Positions 7,853 through 16,709 of a stretch of DNA of 32,000 bases are shown here, one piece after another. The notes under the pieces are model-generated. The model was not told where the DNA came from and made no database searches. It was given only the letters and a program-made list of their open reading frames with translations. Both the position numbers and the translations under genes were made by a program. The stretch covers positions 3,840,001 to 3,872,000 of the forward strand of contig NC_000964.3 of NCBI RefSeq assembly GCF_000009045.1, given 5' to 3'. Within the stretch, counting starts at the first letter, position 1. Every line of letters begins with the position of its first letter. The DNA comes from Bacillus subtilis subsp. subtilis str. 168 (GTDB lineage Bacteria > Bacillota > Bacilli > Bacillales > Bacillaceae).

Positions 7853-8725
7853 TTATTTCACAAACCCAAGCAGCATTTCACGGATGATTTTGCTGGCTGT
7901 GTTTGCCGTTTGCTCTGAGTGGTCGTATACCGGCGCGACTTCCACTAAATCAGCGCCCTTTACGTTTACCTCTGAACGCGCAATTTCATGGACCGATGCA
8001 AGCAGTTCTTTAGACGTGATGCCGCCGGCGTCAACCGTTCCTGTACCCGGTGCGTGTGCAGGGTCTAATACGTCAATGTCAATTGTGACATAAACCGGAC
8101 GGCCCGCCAGCTTCGGAAGCACCTCTTTCAGCGGTTCAAGCACTTCAAATTTTGAGATGTGCATGCCGTTTTCCTTCGCCCATTCAAACTCTTCTTTCAT
8201 GCCGGAACGGATTCCGAATGAATACACATTGTGCGGTCCGATCAATTCTGCCGCCTTACGGATCGGCGTGGAGTGAGAAAGCGGTTCTCCCTCATAATCA
8301 ACACGAAGATCTGTATGTGCGTCAAAATGGATAATCGCAAGGTCTGGGTATTTCTTGTACATCGCTTTAATGACAGGCCATGACACGAGGTGCTCCCCGC
8401 CCATACCCATTGGGAACTTCCCTTTTTCTAAAATGCTGTCCACGTACTCTTCAATCATATCCAGGCTTCGCTGCGGATTTCCGAACGGCAGCGGAATGTC
8501 GCCAGCGTCAAAGAAGTTCAAGTCAGCCAGATCGCGGTCTAAATATGGGCTGTATTCCTCAAGGCCGATTGACACCTCACGGATTCTGCTTGGACCAAAG
8601 CGTGAGCCCGGGCGATAGCTGACTGTCCAGTCCATCGGCATGCCGTAAAGAATGGCGTCCGCCTCTTCCCACTCGGGACGGCTCGCGATAAATACTTTTC
8701 CTGAATAAGCTTCATCAAATCTCAT
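7853..8725 (-). CDS. speB: Agmatinase (ureohydrolase family)
   Basis: 290-aa ORF with the arginase/agmatinase Mn-binding motifs GGEHL, DAHTDL and DIDVLDP. Recognised as SpeB, downstream of speE. Confidence 0.95.
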   Translation of the reverse strand: MRFDEAYSGKVFIASRPEWEEADAILYGMPMDWTVSYRPGSRFGPSRIREVSIGLEEYSPYLDRDLADLNFFDAGDIPLPFGNPQRSLDMIEEYVDSILEKGKFPMGMGGEHLVSWPVIKAMYKKYPDLAIIHFDAHTDLRVDYEGEPLSHSTPIRKAAELIGPHNVYSFGIRSGMKEEFEWAKENGMHISKFEVLEPLKEVLPKLAGRPVYVTIDIDVLDPAHAPGTGTVDAGGITSKELLASVHEIARSEVNVKGADLVEVAPVYDHSEQTANTASKIIREMLLGFVK

Positions 8726-8748
8726 CTATAATACCCTCGCTTTCCTGT

Positions 8749-8775
8749 AAAAAAGCGCAAGATTCGCTCCTGCGC
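8749..8775 (-). terminator. Terminator-like hairpin inside the speE-speB intergenic region (possible partial terminator or attenuator)
   Basis: On the minus strand the stem is GCGCAGG/CTTGCGC (7 bp including one G-U) with a 7-nt loop, followed by U6 (A-run 8749-8754 on the plus strand). It lies between the speE stop (8786) and the speB SD. Confidence 0.5.
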
Positions 8776-8785
8776 CATACCTTCA

Positions 8786-9616
8786 TTATTTAATCAGGTC
8801 ACTCACAAATTTCGGCAGAACAAACGCCGCTTTATGAATATCTTTTGTGTAATATTTCGTCTCAATATCGAAGAAACGGCTGTCTTCCACTGCAAGCGGA
8901 TCATATTTTTTCGAGCCAATTGTAAATGTCCACAAACCGCTTGGATATGTCGGAATGTTCGCCGTATACAGCTTCGTAATCGGGAAGATTTCCTTCACGT
9001 CGCGCTGTACATTTGTGATTAATTCCGGTGTAAACCATGGGTTGTCCGTCTGCGCAACGAAAATACCGTCTTCTTTCAGCGCTTTTGCGATTCCTGCGTA
9101 GAATCCTTTTGTAAACAGGTTTACAGCCGGTCCGACTGGTTCAGTCGAATCTACCATGATGACGTCATATTGATTTTCAGATTTTGCAATGTGCATAAAT
9201 CCGTCATCTACCTGCACGTCAACGCGCGGATCATCCAGTTTGCCTGCGATAGAAGGAAGGAACTTTTTAGAGTATTCGATAACCTTGCCGTCAATATCTA
9301 CAAGTGTCGCTTTTTTCACGCTTGGGTGCTTCAGGATTTCTCTGATAACGCCGCCGTCACCGCCGCCGACTACGAGAACGTGCTCCGGATTTGGGTGCGT
9401 GAATAATGGGACATGCGCCACCATTTCGTGATAAACGAATTCGTCTTTTTCAGATGTCATCACCATGCCGTCCAAAAAAAGCATGTTGCCGAACTCTTCT
9501 GTTTCCACCATTTCTAAATGCTGAAACTCCGTTTGTTCTGTATGTAACGTCTTGTTAACCTTCATCGTAATGCCAAAGTTTTTCGTCTGCTTCTCTGTGT
9601 ACCAAAGTTCGCTCAA
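8786..9616 (-). CDS. speE: Spermidine synthase
   Basis: 276-aa ORF with a TTG start 6 nt after SD AAGGGAGA. It carries the SAM/dcSAM-binding motif [14 protein letters not shown]. Recognised as SpeE. Confidence 0.95.
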   Translation of the reverse strand: MSELWYTEKQTKNFGITMKVNKTLHTEQTEFQHLEMVETEEFGNMLFLDGMVMTSEKDEFVYHEMVAHVPLFTHPNPEHVLVVGGGDGGVIREILKHPSVKKATLVDIDGKVIEYSKKFLPSIAGKLDDPRVDVQVDDGFMHIAKSENQYDVIMVDSTEPVGPAVNLFTKGFYAGIAKALKEDGIFVAQTDNPWFTPELITNVQRDVKEIFPITKLYTANIPTYPSGLWTFTIGSKKYDPLAVEDSRFFDIETKYYTKDIHKAAFVLPKFVSDLIK

Positions 9617-9708
9617 TTGTCATCTCCCTTTCGAGGCTGTATTCATTTATTGTAAGCGTCTTATCAGCTTTTATTCTCGGTTGAAATCTCATTTTCACCT
9701 AAGGAAAA

Positions 9709-9737
9709 AGTATAGAGGATGGCGGGGAAAAAGTAAA
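9709..9737 (-). promoter_or_regulatory. Candidate sigmaA promoter of speEB
   Basis: On the minus strand: TTTACT (9737-9732), a 17-nt spacer, then TATACT (9714-9709), about 90 nt upstream of the speE start. Confidence 0.45.
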
Positions 9738-9757
9738 GATGCGTCCTGTTCTGCGAT

Positions 9758-9787
9758 GTTTAAAAACGATCTTTTTTTCTCATAATA
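9758..9787 (+). promoter_or_regulatory. Candidate forespore (sigmaF/sigmaG-type) promoter of pbpG
   Basis: GTTTA (9758-9762), an 18-nt spacer, then CATAATA (9781-9787, matching the CAtnnTA -10), 30 nt upstream of the start. pbpG is known to be forespore-expressed. The -35 match is imperfect. Confidence 0.3.
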
Positions 9788-9817
9788 GTAGAAACATAAA
9801 AAAAGGGGGAACCCGTT

Positions 9818-11893
9818 GTGGATGCAATGACAAATAAACGGCTGAGACTGACGCTGAAAACCGTTCGCGCCTTTATCTTTTTAGGGGCTTTTGCGGCCTT
9901 GGCGGCAGCTGCTGTGTTTATGACTGTCATTTTGATAGCCAAATACCAGGGCGCTCCCTCGGTGCAAGTGCCGCAATCCACGATTTTGTACGCGAGTGAC
10001 GGCTCAAAGCTCGGGGAAACGAACTACGGCGAAAAGCGCTATTGGGTCCCCTTAAAGGACATGAATCCGACGATCGTAAAAGCGACAGTGGCGATTGAAG
10101 ACCAGAATTTCTACGATCATCACGGCTTTGATTATAAACGCATGGCCGGCGCGGCGCTTGCTGACCTGAAAGCATTTGCCAAGGTTCAGGGTGCAAGCAC
10201 CATCACCCAGCAATATGCGAGAAACTTATACCTTGAACACGACAAAACGTGGAAACGGAAATGGAATGAGGCGTTCTACACGATCCGTCTGGAACAAAAC
10301 TATTCTAAGGACGAGATATTAGAAGGCTATTTAAATACGATTTACTACGGCCACGGCGCCTACGGCATTGAAGCAGCTTCCCGCCTGTATTTCGGCAAGC
10401 ATGCCAAAAACCTGACGGATGCGGAGGCGGCGCTTTTGGCAGGAATCCCGAAAGGCCCTTCCGGCTATTCACCGTATGTCAATGAGACGAAGGCCAAGGA
10501 ACGCCAGAAAACGATTGTGCGGATGATGGAAAAGCAGCAGATGATCAGCCAAAAGAAAGCGGATGAATTGATCAAGGAACCTCTTTCCTATCAGCCTTTG
10601 AATAAACAAGTTTCCAAGAGAAAGGCTCCTTATTTCTACGACAATGCGATGAGAGAGCTGGAAAAAAAGCTCGGCATGACACGGGAGCAAATTGAAACGA
10701 GCGGGTTAAACGTCTATACAACGGTAGATAAACGGATGCAGCGCATCGCCGAGGAGACCATTACCGAAACGGTTAACGCGGGCTCTGACATTCAAGTCGG
10801 GTTTTCAGCCATTGATCCCCGCACCGGAAACGTTCTCGCCCTTGTCGGCGGCAGGGATTATCAAAAAAGCCCGTTTGACCGGACGACACAGGCGAAGCGC
10901 CAGCCTGCTTCGACGATCAAGCCGTTGCTGTACTATAAAGCGATTCAGAGCGGATTTACGCCAGTCACTTTGATGAAAAGCGAAGAAACCGAGTTTCAAA
11001 TTGATGCAAAGGGAGAAACCTATTCTCCAAGCAACTATAACGGATACTATGCCAACAAGCCGATTACGCTTCTGCAGGCGCTGGCGCTTTCCGACAATAT
11101 TTACGCTGTGAAAACGCATCTTTTTCTCGGCACGAACAAACTTGTAAAGACGGCAAAGGAATTCGGCATTACCGCCCATCTTCAAGCACTGCCGTCCCTG
11201 GCACTCGGCACCGAACCCGTACGTCCGATTGAGATGGTCAACGCCTATGCCATGCTCGCAAATGGCGGAAAGAAAATCGAACCGACTTTTATTTCAAGAG
11301 TAACGGACGCAGCCGGCCACGTGCTGTACGAAAACCCGAATCAGCATAAACAGGTGCTTGATGAAAAAGCCGCTTTTGTCACAGCGAGTATGATGACAGG
11401 CATGTTTGATATCGATTTAAATGGATATACGTCGGTTACGGGGCGAACGATAGCCAACCGCCTGACAAGAACGTATGCCGGAAAATCAGGAACCACCAGC
11501 GCAGACAGCTGGATGATCGGCTTCAATCCGAAGCTGGCCGCCGGTGTTTGGACCGGCTATGACAAAAACAGCACCATCGACTCGGTCGAAGAAAAAAGCT
11601 ATGCTAAAACCATTTGGGCGGACTTCATGGAGGACGCGCTCAAAGGCGAACCGGAAACCGCGTTCAAGCCGCCAAAAGGCGTAACCGGTGTGTACATTGA
11701 TCCGGAAACAGGCTACTCATCAGGTCCCGGCTGCGCCGCTAAGCATTACACATATTTTGTGAAAGGGACAGAACCCGCAAACGTGTGCTACGGGGCAGAA
11801 CCCGCAAAACAAACAAAAGACCGGCTTCCATCCAAAGAAAAGCCCGCTTCCGAGAAAAAGTGGTGGGACAAATGGCTGGGGCGACATCATTGA
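9818..11893 (+). CDS. pbpG: Class A penicillin-binding protein (glycosyltransferase plus transpeptidase), sporulation-specific PbpG (YwhE)
   Basis: 691-aa ORF with a GTG start 7 nt after SD AAAGGGGGA and an N-terminal membrane anchor. GT51 motifs EDQNFYDHHGFD and GASTITQQ are present, as are the transpeptidase motifs STIK, SDN and KSGT. Confidence 0.95.
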   Translation: MDAMTNKRLRLTLKTVRAFIFLGAFAALAAAAVFMTVILIAKYQGAPSVQVPQSTILYASDGSKLGETNYGEKRYWVPLKDMNPTIVKATVAIEDQNFYDHHGFDYKRMAGAALADLKAFAKVQGASTITQQYARNLYLEHDKTWKRKWNEAFYTIRLEQNYSKDEILEGYLNTIYYGHGAYGIEAASRLYFGKHAKNLTDAEAALLAGIPKGPSGYSPYVNETKAKERQKTIVRMMEKQQMISQKKADELIKEPLSYQPLNKQVSKRKAPYFYDNAMRELEKKLGMTREQIETSGLNVYTTVDKRMQRIAEETITETVNAGSDIQVGFSAIDPRTGNVLALVGGRDYQKSPFDRTTQAKRQPASTIKPLLYYKAIQSGFTPVTLMKSEETEFQIDAKGETYSPSNYNGYYANKPITLLQALALSDNIYAVKTHLFLGTNKLVKTAKEFGITAHLQALPSLALGTEPVRPIEMVNAYAMLANGGKKIEPTFISRVTDAAGHVLYENPNQHKQVLDEKAAFVTASMMTGMFDIDLNGYTSVTGRTIANRLTRTYAGKSGTTSADSWMIGFNPKLAAGVWTGYDKNSTIDSVEEKSYAKTIWADFMEDALKGEPETAFKPPKGVTGVYIDPETGYSSGPGCAAKHYTYFVKGTEPANVCYGAEPAKQTKDRLPSKEKPASEKKWWDKWLGRHH

Positions 11894-11895
11894 AA

Positions 11896-11925
11896 ATAAC
11901 CCGGCTCCTCGGAGGCCGGGTTATT
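11896..11925 (+). terminator. Rho-independent terminator of pbpG
   Basis: Stem AATAACCCGGC/GCCGGGTTATT, starting 3 nt after the stop codon and ending in TTATT. Confidence 0.75.
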
Positions 11926-12063
11926 CGTATGGTTCCTTCATAATCGATGGAAGAATGTTAGACAATCGAGCTGAACAATCAGTTTTGGGATAAAGTGGTG
12001 AATTTCTCATTTCTTCGGCGCTGGCTTTCATCTCCCAGTCGCCGACTCATATCCCCCTAAAAA

Positions 12064-12100
12064 TGAAAAACCCCGAGTCTTGTTTCGGCTCGGGATTTTC
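12064..12100 (-). terminator. Probable terminator of ywhC-ywhD
   Basis: Stem CCCGAG/CTCGGG (12072-12077 / 12089-12094). On the minus strand it is followed by U5 (A-run 12066-12070), about 90 nt downstream of the ywhD stop. Confidence 0.6.
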
Positions 12101-12185
12101 CATGTCCTATTTCTGTATCACCAGTTTACTCAATGTTTACGAAAAATATCTCAAATACTTTAAAAGTTCACAAAAAATTCATAAA

Positions 12186-12704
12186 TTAATTGTTTTCTGG
12201 AAGCAGGCTCGTTTTTAACTCATCTGAGGAACGGTCCCATAGGCCCTGATCATGCTTTTTCAGAAATTCGCCTAGTACACGCTTCGAGCTGTCGTCCATT
12301 TTATCAACGATGATTTTCCGTTTCATGGATTTATCCATCAGATTCACATGCTCAGGCAGTGACTTGTAGCCTCTTCTGATGCTTCTGTCGACCGTCATTT
12401 CACAGGCTGTCACACCAGCGTAATAAGGCCCCTCTTCTTTTCTGTCAATCGTTACCCACACAAGCCAGTATGGTTTTCCGTTCGGCACTTCTTCTTTATT
12501 CGGGAGAAATTTAATTCCTTTTTCAACGGTGCTGCGGGCATGCATAGCGCCGATGTCTACGAACGCTTCTTTTTCCTCTACATCAACGAATACGGGAGAA
12601 ATGTTATCAAGGCTGAGTGCCCCTACGCCAAAACCGCCGTGTCCGTCTGTCGGATCACTTTTGATAATATTAAACCCGATTGATTTTTTCTTTTTTTCTT
12701 CCAT
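12186..12704 (-). CDS. ywhD: YwhD-family protein of unknown function (soluble)
   Basis: 172-aa ORF with SD GGAGGT 8 nt upstream, 13 nt downstream of the ywhC stop and therefore in the same operon. Recognised as YwhD. No transmembrane segments are visible. Confidence 0.85.
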   Translation of the reverse strand: MEEKKKKSIGFNIIKSDPTDGHGGFGVGALSLDNISPVFVDVEEKEAFVDIGAMHARSTVEKGIKFLPNKEEVPNGKPYWLVWVTIDRKEEGPYYAGVTACEMTVDRSIRRGYKSLPEHVNLMDKSMKRKIIVDKMDDSSKRVLGEFLKKHDQGLWDRSSDELKTSLLPENN

Positions 12705-12717
12705 GAAGTTCTACCTC

Positions 12718-13377
12718 CTACAAAAGCGGTTGAAATATCGCTGAAAACAGCTTTAAAATCGAATCTCTTCCTGCATTGAGCATCGGCCACAGCACGTAAG
12801 ATCCTAGCGGTGTCACAAACAGCACCAAAAATACGATAAAGCCGTAGCTCTCCGCCTGCGTCATTTTGGCACGCACGCCCGGCGGAACGAGATCTTCTAT
12901 AATTCGATAGCCATCGAGCGGAGGAAGCGGCAGCAGATTAAATAAAAACAAGACAAGATTCAGCTGTATCCAAATAGAAAAAAACTGATCCAGCCCCGTG
13001 CTGAACGCCGCAAGCATTTCCATTCCGTACGCATGCATCAACACTAACAAAAAGAAACCAATAAACGCAAGAATCAGGTTACTGACGGGCCCGGCTATAG
13101 ATACGAGCACACCAGCAAGCCGGGGTTTCTTAAAGAAACGGCGATTCACGGGAATGGGGCGCGCCCACCCGAATCCGGCCACCAGAATCAAAATGGTTCC
13201 GAACGGATCAAGGTGTTTAATGGGATTCAGCGTCAGTCTTCCTTGTTTTTTCGCCGTATCGTCACCGAATTTGTATGCGACATAAGCGTGGGCAAGCTCG
13301 TGCATCGTAAACGACACAATTAGCGTGATGACGAGGTATGGCATTAAAGATAACGGATAATATAAAAAACGGTCCAA
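12718..13377 (-). CDS. ywhC: Site-2-protease-type (M50) membrane zinc metalloprotease
   Basis: 219-aa ORF with a TTG start 8 nt after SD AAGAGGGA. HELAH lies at residues 26-30 within a transmembrane segment, and the second S2P motif NLLPLPPLDG is present. The protein is polytopic. Confidence 0.85.
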   Translation of the reverse strand: MDRFLYYPLSLMPYLVITLIVSFTMHELAHAYVAYKFGDDTAKKQGRLTLNPIKHLDPFGTILILVAGFGWARPIPVNRRFFKKPRLAGVLVSIAGPVSNLILAFIGFFLLVLMHAYGMEMLAAFSTGLDQFFSIWIQLNLVLFLFNLLPLPPLDGYRIIEDLVPPGVRAKMTQAESYGFIVFLVLFVTPLGSYVLWPMLNAGRDSILKLFSAIFQPLL

Positions 13378-13485
13378 GTGAGATATCCCTCTTTCTCAAA
13401 ATGCAAGAATTTACTTTATTCAGTATACTATAAGAAGCCTCTTTTTCTAAAGAGAGGAAACGAGATAAAGGAGGATTCAGCACCC

Positions 13486-13674
13486 ATGCCATACGTAACT
13501 GTCAAAATGCTCGAAGGCCGTACAGACGAGCAAAAACGCAATCTTGTCGAGAAAGTAACAGAAGCCGTAAAGGAAACAACCGGTGCTTCTGAAGAAAAAA
13601 TTGTTGTCTTTATAGAAGAAATGAGAAAAGACCATTATGCCGTCGCAGGCAAACGCCTGAGCGATATGGAATAA
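13486..13674 (+). CDS. ywhB: 4-oxalocrotonate tautomerase family enzyme (62 aa)
   Basis: ATG at 13486, 10 nt after SD AAAGGAGGA. The ORF-track start at 13378 has no SD. The N-terminus MPYVTVKMLEGRT carries the catalytic Pro-1 signature of the 4-OT family. Confidence 0.9.
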   Translation: MPYVTVKMLEGRTDEQKRNLVEKVTEAVKETTGASEEKIVVFIEEMRKDHYAVAGKRLSDME

Positions 13675-13681
13675 TCTCTAT

Positions 13682-13710
13682 AAAGCCGGCGCTTCGCGCA
13701 CCGGCTTTTA
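13682..13710. terminator. Bidirectional terminator between ywhB (+) and ywhA (-)
   Basis: Stem AAAGCCGG(C)GC/GC(A)CCGGCTTT with a TTCG loop, flanked by A and T residues, lying between the two convergent stops. Confidence 0.75.
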
Positions 13711-13716
13711 TTATCC

Positions 13717-14136
13717 CTATTGAGCCAGCTTCGCAATAATCGCCAAGAACGTCTTTTTCTCTTCGGCTGTTAAACGTTCAAACATGCCATCAATCAGCTG
13801 CTGGCGGTTTTCGATCATTTGTTCAGCCGCTCCCCGGCCCGATTCAGAAAGAGTAATCCATACAGTGCGGCGGTCATTGTTATTTCTGGATCTCTCAATA
13901 AACCCTTCCTGCTCTAAATGATTCAGAGCTGTGGTCGTGGCAGAGGGAGACAGTGTGACCTCCTTCAAAATATCCTTTATGGTGCAGCTCCCATGTCTGT
14001 ATATGATCCGCAGAATAAACCCTCTTACATTATTCACGTGTTTCGGAACGGTGGCTTCATCTAATTGCTTCGTGCTTTTCAAATACTTTGTAAGTGCGTG
14101 ATCCAGCAAATTTGCTTCCAGTTTGTCATGGTCCAT
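13717..14136 (-). CDS. ywhA: MarR-family transcriptional regulator
   Basis: A winged-HTH is present (SPSATTTALNHLEQEGFIERSRNNNDRRTVWITLSESG). The start is chosen at MDHDKLE (14136, 139 aa) because GGGGAA precedes it by 6-7 nt. The ORF-track ATG at 14166 has no SD. Confidence 0.85.
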   Translation of the reverse strand: MDHDKLEANLLDHALTKYLKSTKQLDEATVPKHVNNVRGFILRIIYRHGSCTIKDILKEVTLSPSATTTALNHLEQEGFIERSRNNNDRRTVWITLSESGRGAAEQMIENRQQLIDGMFERLTAEEKKTFLAIIAKLAQ

Positions 14137-14194
14137 GTCAATTTCCCCATTTCGAGATGCATTCATAACATACGAACGATATGATTTACTTATT

Positions 14195-14224
14195 ATTTTA
14201 CTGATTCCGAATAGGGAAAGTCAA
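14195..14224 (-). promoter_or_regulatory. Candidate sigmaA promoter of ywhA
   Basis: On the minus strand: TTGACT (14224-14219), an 18-nt spacer, then TAAAAT (14200-14195). Confidence 0.4.
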
Positions 14225-14255
14225 AAAAGCAAAATGTGAATTCACAGCTTTTATC

Positions 14256-16172
14256 CTACATGCCTCGATTTTCCACCTGTTTCACAAGTTTATCTTTAAA
14301 AGTTTGGAAAGGAACGTGTTCATTCTGCTGATGTCCGAATCGGCGGACGTTTACCGCATTCTCCTGCTCCTCATGATCTCCAAGCACCAGCACGTACGGA
14401 ATTTTTTGCACCTGCGATTCTCTGATTTTATAGCCGAGCTTCTCATTGCGCTCATCAATGCCGGCTCTTATCCCCGCCTGCTTCAGCTCCGCCTGCACTT
14501 TTCTGCAATAGTCTAAGTGAACGTGCGAAACCGGTATGATTTGAACCTGGATCGGTGCGAGCCAGACTGGAAAAGCCCCACCGTAATGCTCGATCAAAAT
14601 GCCGAAGAAACGGTCGATTGAGCCGAAAACCGCTCTGTGGATGACAACGGGACGAACCTTCTCATTGAGTTCGTTGATATATGTTAAATCAAATTTTTCC
14701 GGCATTTGAAAATCAAGCTGAATTGTCGCGCATTGGTGGCTCCGTTTCAGGGCATCTTTTATATGGAAATCAATTTTCGGCCCGTAAAACGCCCCATCGC
14801 CTTCATTGATCTCATAAGAGAGGCCAAGCTCCTCAAGGACGCGTGCTAAGGCACGTTCCGACGCTTCCCAAAGGCTGTCATCGCCTAATGAATCCTCCGG
14901 GCGAGTCGAAAGCTCAACAGAATACTCGAAACCAAATGTCCGATATACCTCATCAATCAGCCGAATCGCTTCTTTGATCTCACTCTCAATCTGATCCTCC
15001 CGAACGAAAATATGGGCGTCATCCTGACAGAACGTCCGAACGCGAAGCATTCCGTTTAAAGCGCCGCTGTATTCATGGCGGTGCACCTGTCCGAATTCCG
15101 CCATGCGAATCGGCAGATCCCGATAAGAATACAGGCTGTTTTTAAAGATGAGCATGTGGCCGGGGCAATTCATCGGCTTCATTGCGAATCTTGTATCATC
15201 CACTTCTGAAAAGTACATATTGTCGCGATAATGGTCCCAATGGCCTGACTGCTCCCATAACCGCTGATTCATCATAAACGGCGTACGCACCTCATCGTAG
15301 CCGGCATTTGTTTGCAGCTCACGCGAGAAGCGCTCCAGCTCATTGCGGACAATCTGCCCTTTCGGCAAATAAAACGGCATCCCCGGCGCTTCTTCAGAAA
15401 ACATAAACAGCCCTAACTGTTTGCCGAGCTTGCGATGGTCTCGTTTTGCCGCTTCTTCTAGCATATGCAGGTGCGCATCCAAATCTTTTTTCTTTTGAAA
15501 CGCAACCCCGTACACCCGCTGCAGGACTTCATTTTTGCTGTCTCCGCGCCAATAAGCGCCTGATACTCTTGTCAGTTTGAACGCCTTGATCATCCCTGTA
15601 GAAGGAAGATGCGGCCCTCGGCACAGGTCAACGAATTCCCCTTGCTGGTACAGTGTGATATCCTCCCCGCGCGGAATATCCTTTAAAATCTCAAGCTTGA
15701 GCCGCTCGTCTTTTTGTGCAAACAGCTCTTCAGCTTCTTCGTAAGAAACCTCTATACGTTTGATTTCAAGGTTCTCATTTATTATGTTTTTCATTTCTTT
15801 TTCGATGGCCTCTAAGTCTCCTGATGCCAAGCTTTTCCCCAGCTTCATGTCATAGTAGAAGCCGTCTAAAATCACAGGCCCTACCCCCAATGACACTTCG
15901 CCGTACAGCCGTTTTACTGCTTGGGCCAGCACGTGCGCTGTTGTGTGGCGAAGCACCTGCAAGCCTTCTTGTGAATCGAGTGTGACAATCGAAAGCTCAG
16001 CATCCTCCTCCAGCTTGAAACTGAGATCAACAAGCTTGCCGTTGACCTGACCTGCGGCCGCCTTCTTTTGCAGACTGGAACTGATCGAACCAGCCGCTTC
16101 TTTGATTGTGATGCCTTTCGGATATTCCTGGATCTGTCCGTCCGGAAGCTGAATGTGTACATGTTTGCTCAT
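14256..16172 (-). CDS. thrZ: Threonyl-tRNA synthetase, second (normally silent) copy
   Basis: Class II aaRS with an N-terminal TGS domain, the editing-domain motif HTTAHVLAQA, motif 2 FGQVHRHEYSGAL, and an anticodon-binding C-terminus. The start is chosen at MSKHVHIQ (16172, 638 aa), 7 nt after SD AAGGAGTG. The ORF-track start at 16193 lies within the SD region. Confidence 0.95.
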   Translation of the reverse strand: MSKHVHIQLPDGQIQEYPKGITIKEAAGSISSSLQKKAAAGQVNGKLVDLSFKLEEDAELSIVTLDSQEGLQVLRHTTAHVLAQAVKRLYGEVSLGVGPVILDGFYYDMKLGKSLASGDLEAIEKEMKNIINENLEIKRIEVSYEEAEELFAQKDERLKLEILKDIPRGEDITLYQQGEFVDLCRGPHLPSTGMIKAFKLTRVSGAYWRGDSKNEVLQRVYGVAFQKKKDLDAHLHMLEEAAKRDHRKLGKQLGLFMFSEEAPGMPFYLPKGQIVRNELERFSRELQTNAGYDEVRTPFMMNQRLWEQSGHWDHYRDNMYFSEVDDTRFAMKPMNCPGHMLIFKNSLYSYRDLPIRMAEFGQVHRHEYSGALNGMLRVRTFCQDDAHIFVREDQIESEIKEAIRLIDEVYRTFGFEYSVELSTRPEDSLGDDSLWEASERALARVLEELGLSYEINEGDGAFYGPKIDFHIKDALKRSHQCATIQLDFQMPEKFDLTYINELNEKVRPVVIHRAVFGSIDRFFGILIEHYGGAFPVWLAPIQVQIIPVSHVHLDYCRKVQAELKQAGIRAGIDERNEKLGYKIRESQVQKIPYVLVLGDHEEQENAVNVRRFGHQQNEHVPFQTFKDKLVKQVENRGM

Positions 16173-16203
16173 TTTAGAACACTCCTTATTCATTGTTGTA
16201 TAT

Positions 16204-16456
16204 AAAAAAACACACCCGTCCCGCAGATAGGGACGAGTGTGTGATTAACCCGTGGTTCCACCCAAGTTCCCGACAAATACTATGTTGTCGGCTCGGTGCT
16301 GTAACGCAGCATAGACGGCATTGGTTACTTCAGTTCCCCAATGCTGCTCCAAGGCGGTAAATGATATTCCTAAGCTGGGAAGCTCTCACCTTTCCTTCCC
16401 TCTCTGAAAACCGTAACTATCATTCATGTCCTTTTCATCGCATGTATTCAATTCAT
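16204..16456 (-). promoter_or_regulatory. T-box riboswitch leader unit 1 of 3 (thrZ-proximal), threonine specifier ACC
   Basis: Read on the minus strand, the unit has an AGAGAGGGAAGG (AGAGA box), specifier context CATTT-ACC-GCC (ACC is the complement of 16356-16358), an F-box-like GCGTTA, and the T-box AACTTGGGTGGAACCACGGG (16249-16268). These are followed by the terminator ACACACTCGTCCC/GGGACGGGTGTGT plus U7 (16204-16243). Confidence 0.9.
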
Positions 16457-16709
16457 AAAAAAACACACCCGTCCCACAGATAGGGACGAGTGTGTGATTA
16501 ACCCGTGGTTCCACCCAAGTTCCCGACAAATACTATGTTGTCGGCTCGGTGCTGTAACGCAGCATAGACGGCATTGGTTACTTCAGTTCCCCAATGCTGC
16601 TCCAAGGCGGTAAATGATATTCCTAAGCTGGGAAGCTCTCACCTTTCCTTCCCTCTCTGAAAACCGTAACTATCATTCATGTCCTTTTCTTCGCATGTAT
16701 TCAATTCAA
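16204..16709. repeat. Tandem direct repeat, 2 x 253 bp (T-box units 1 and 2), about 99% identical
   Basis: By eye I find only two substitutions: 16223 g vs 16476 a (terminator loop) and 16437 a vs 16690 t. The third unit (16712-16965) is clearly homologous but diverged. Confidence 0.9.

Noticed and set aside
11979-12050. 23-codon minus-strand mini-ORF (MSRRLGDESQRRRNEKFTTLSQN) preceded by AGGGGGA in the pbpG/ywhD convergent spacer
   Set aside because: The SD lies only about 2 nt from the ATG. The ORF is immediately downstream of the ywhCD terminator with no convincing promoter. It cannot be supported without expression or conservation data.
14256-16193. Longer ORF-track N-termini for thrZ (16193), mmr (18450), ywhA (14166), ywfO (20842), ywgB (18896), cysL (25226) and ywhB (13378)
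   Set aside because: In each case the upstream start lacks an SD or overlaps it, whereas an in-frame downstream start lies 6-9 nt after a good SD. The downstream starts give the protein lengths I recall for the B. subtilis proteins.
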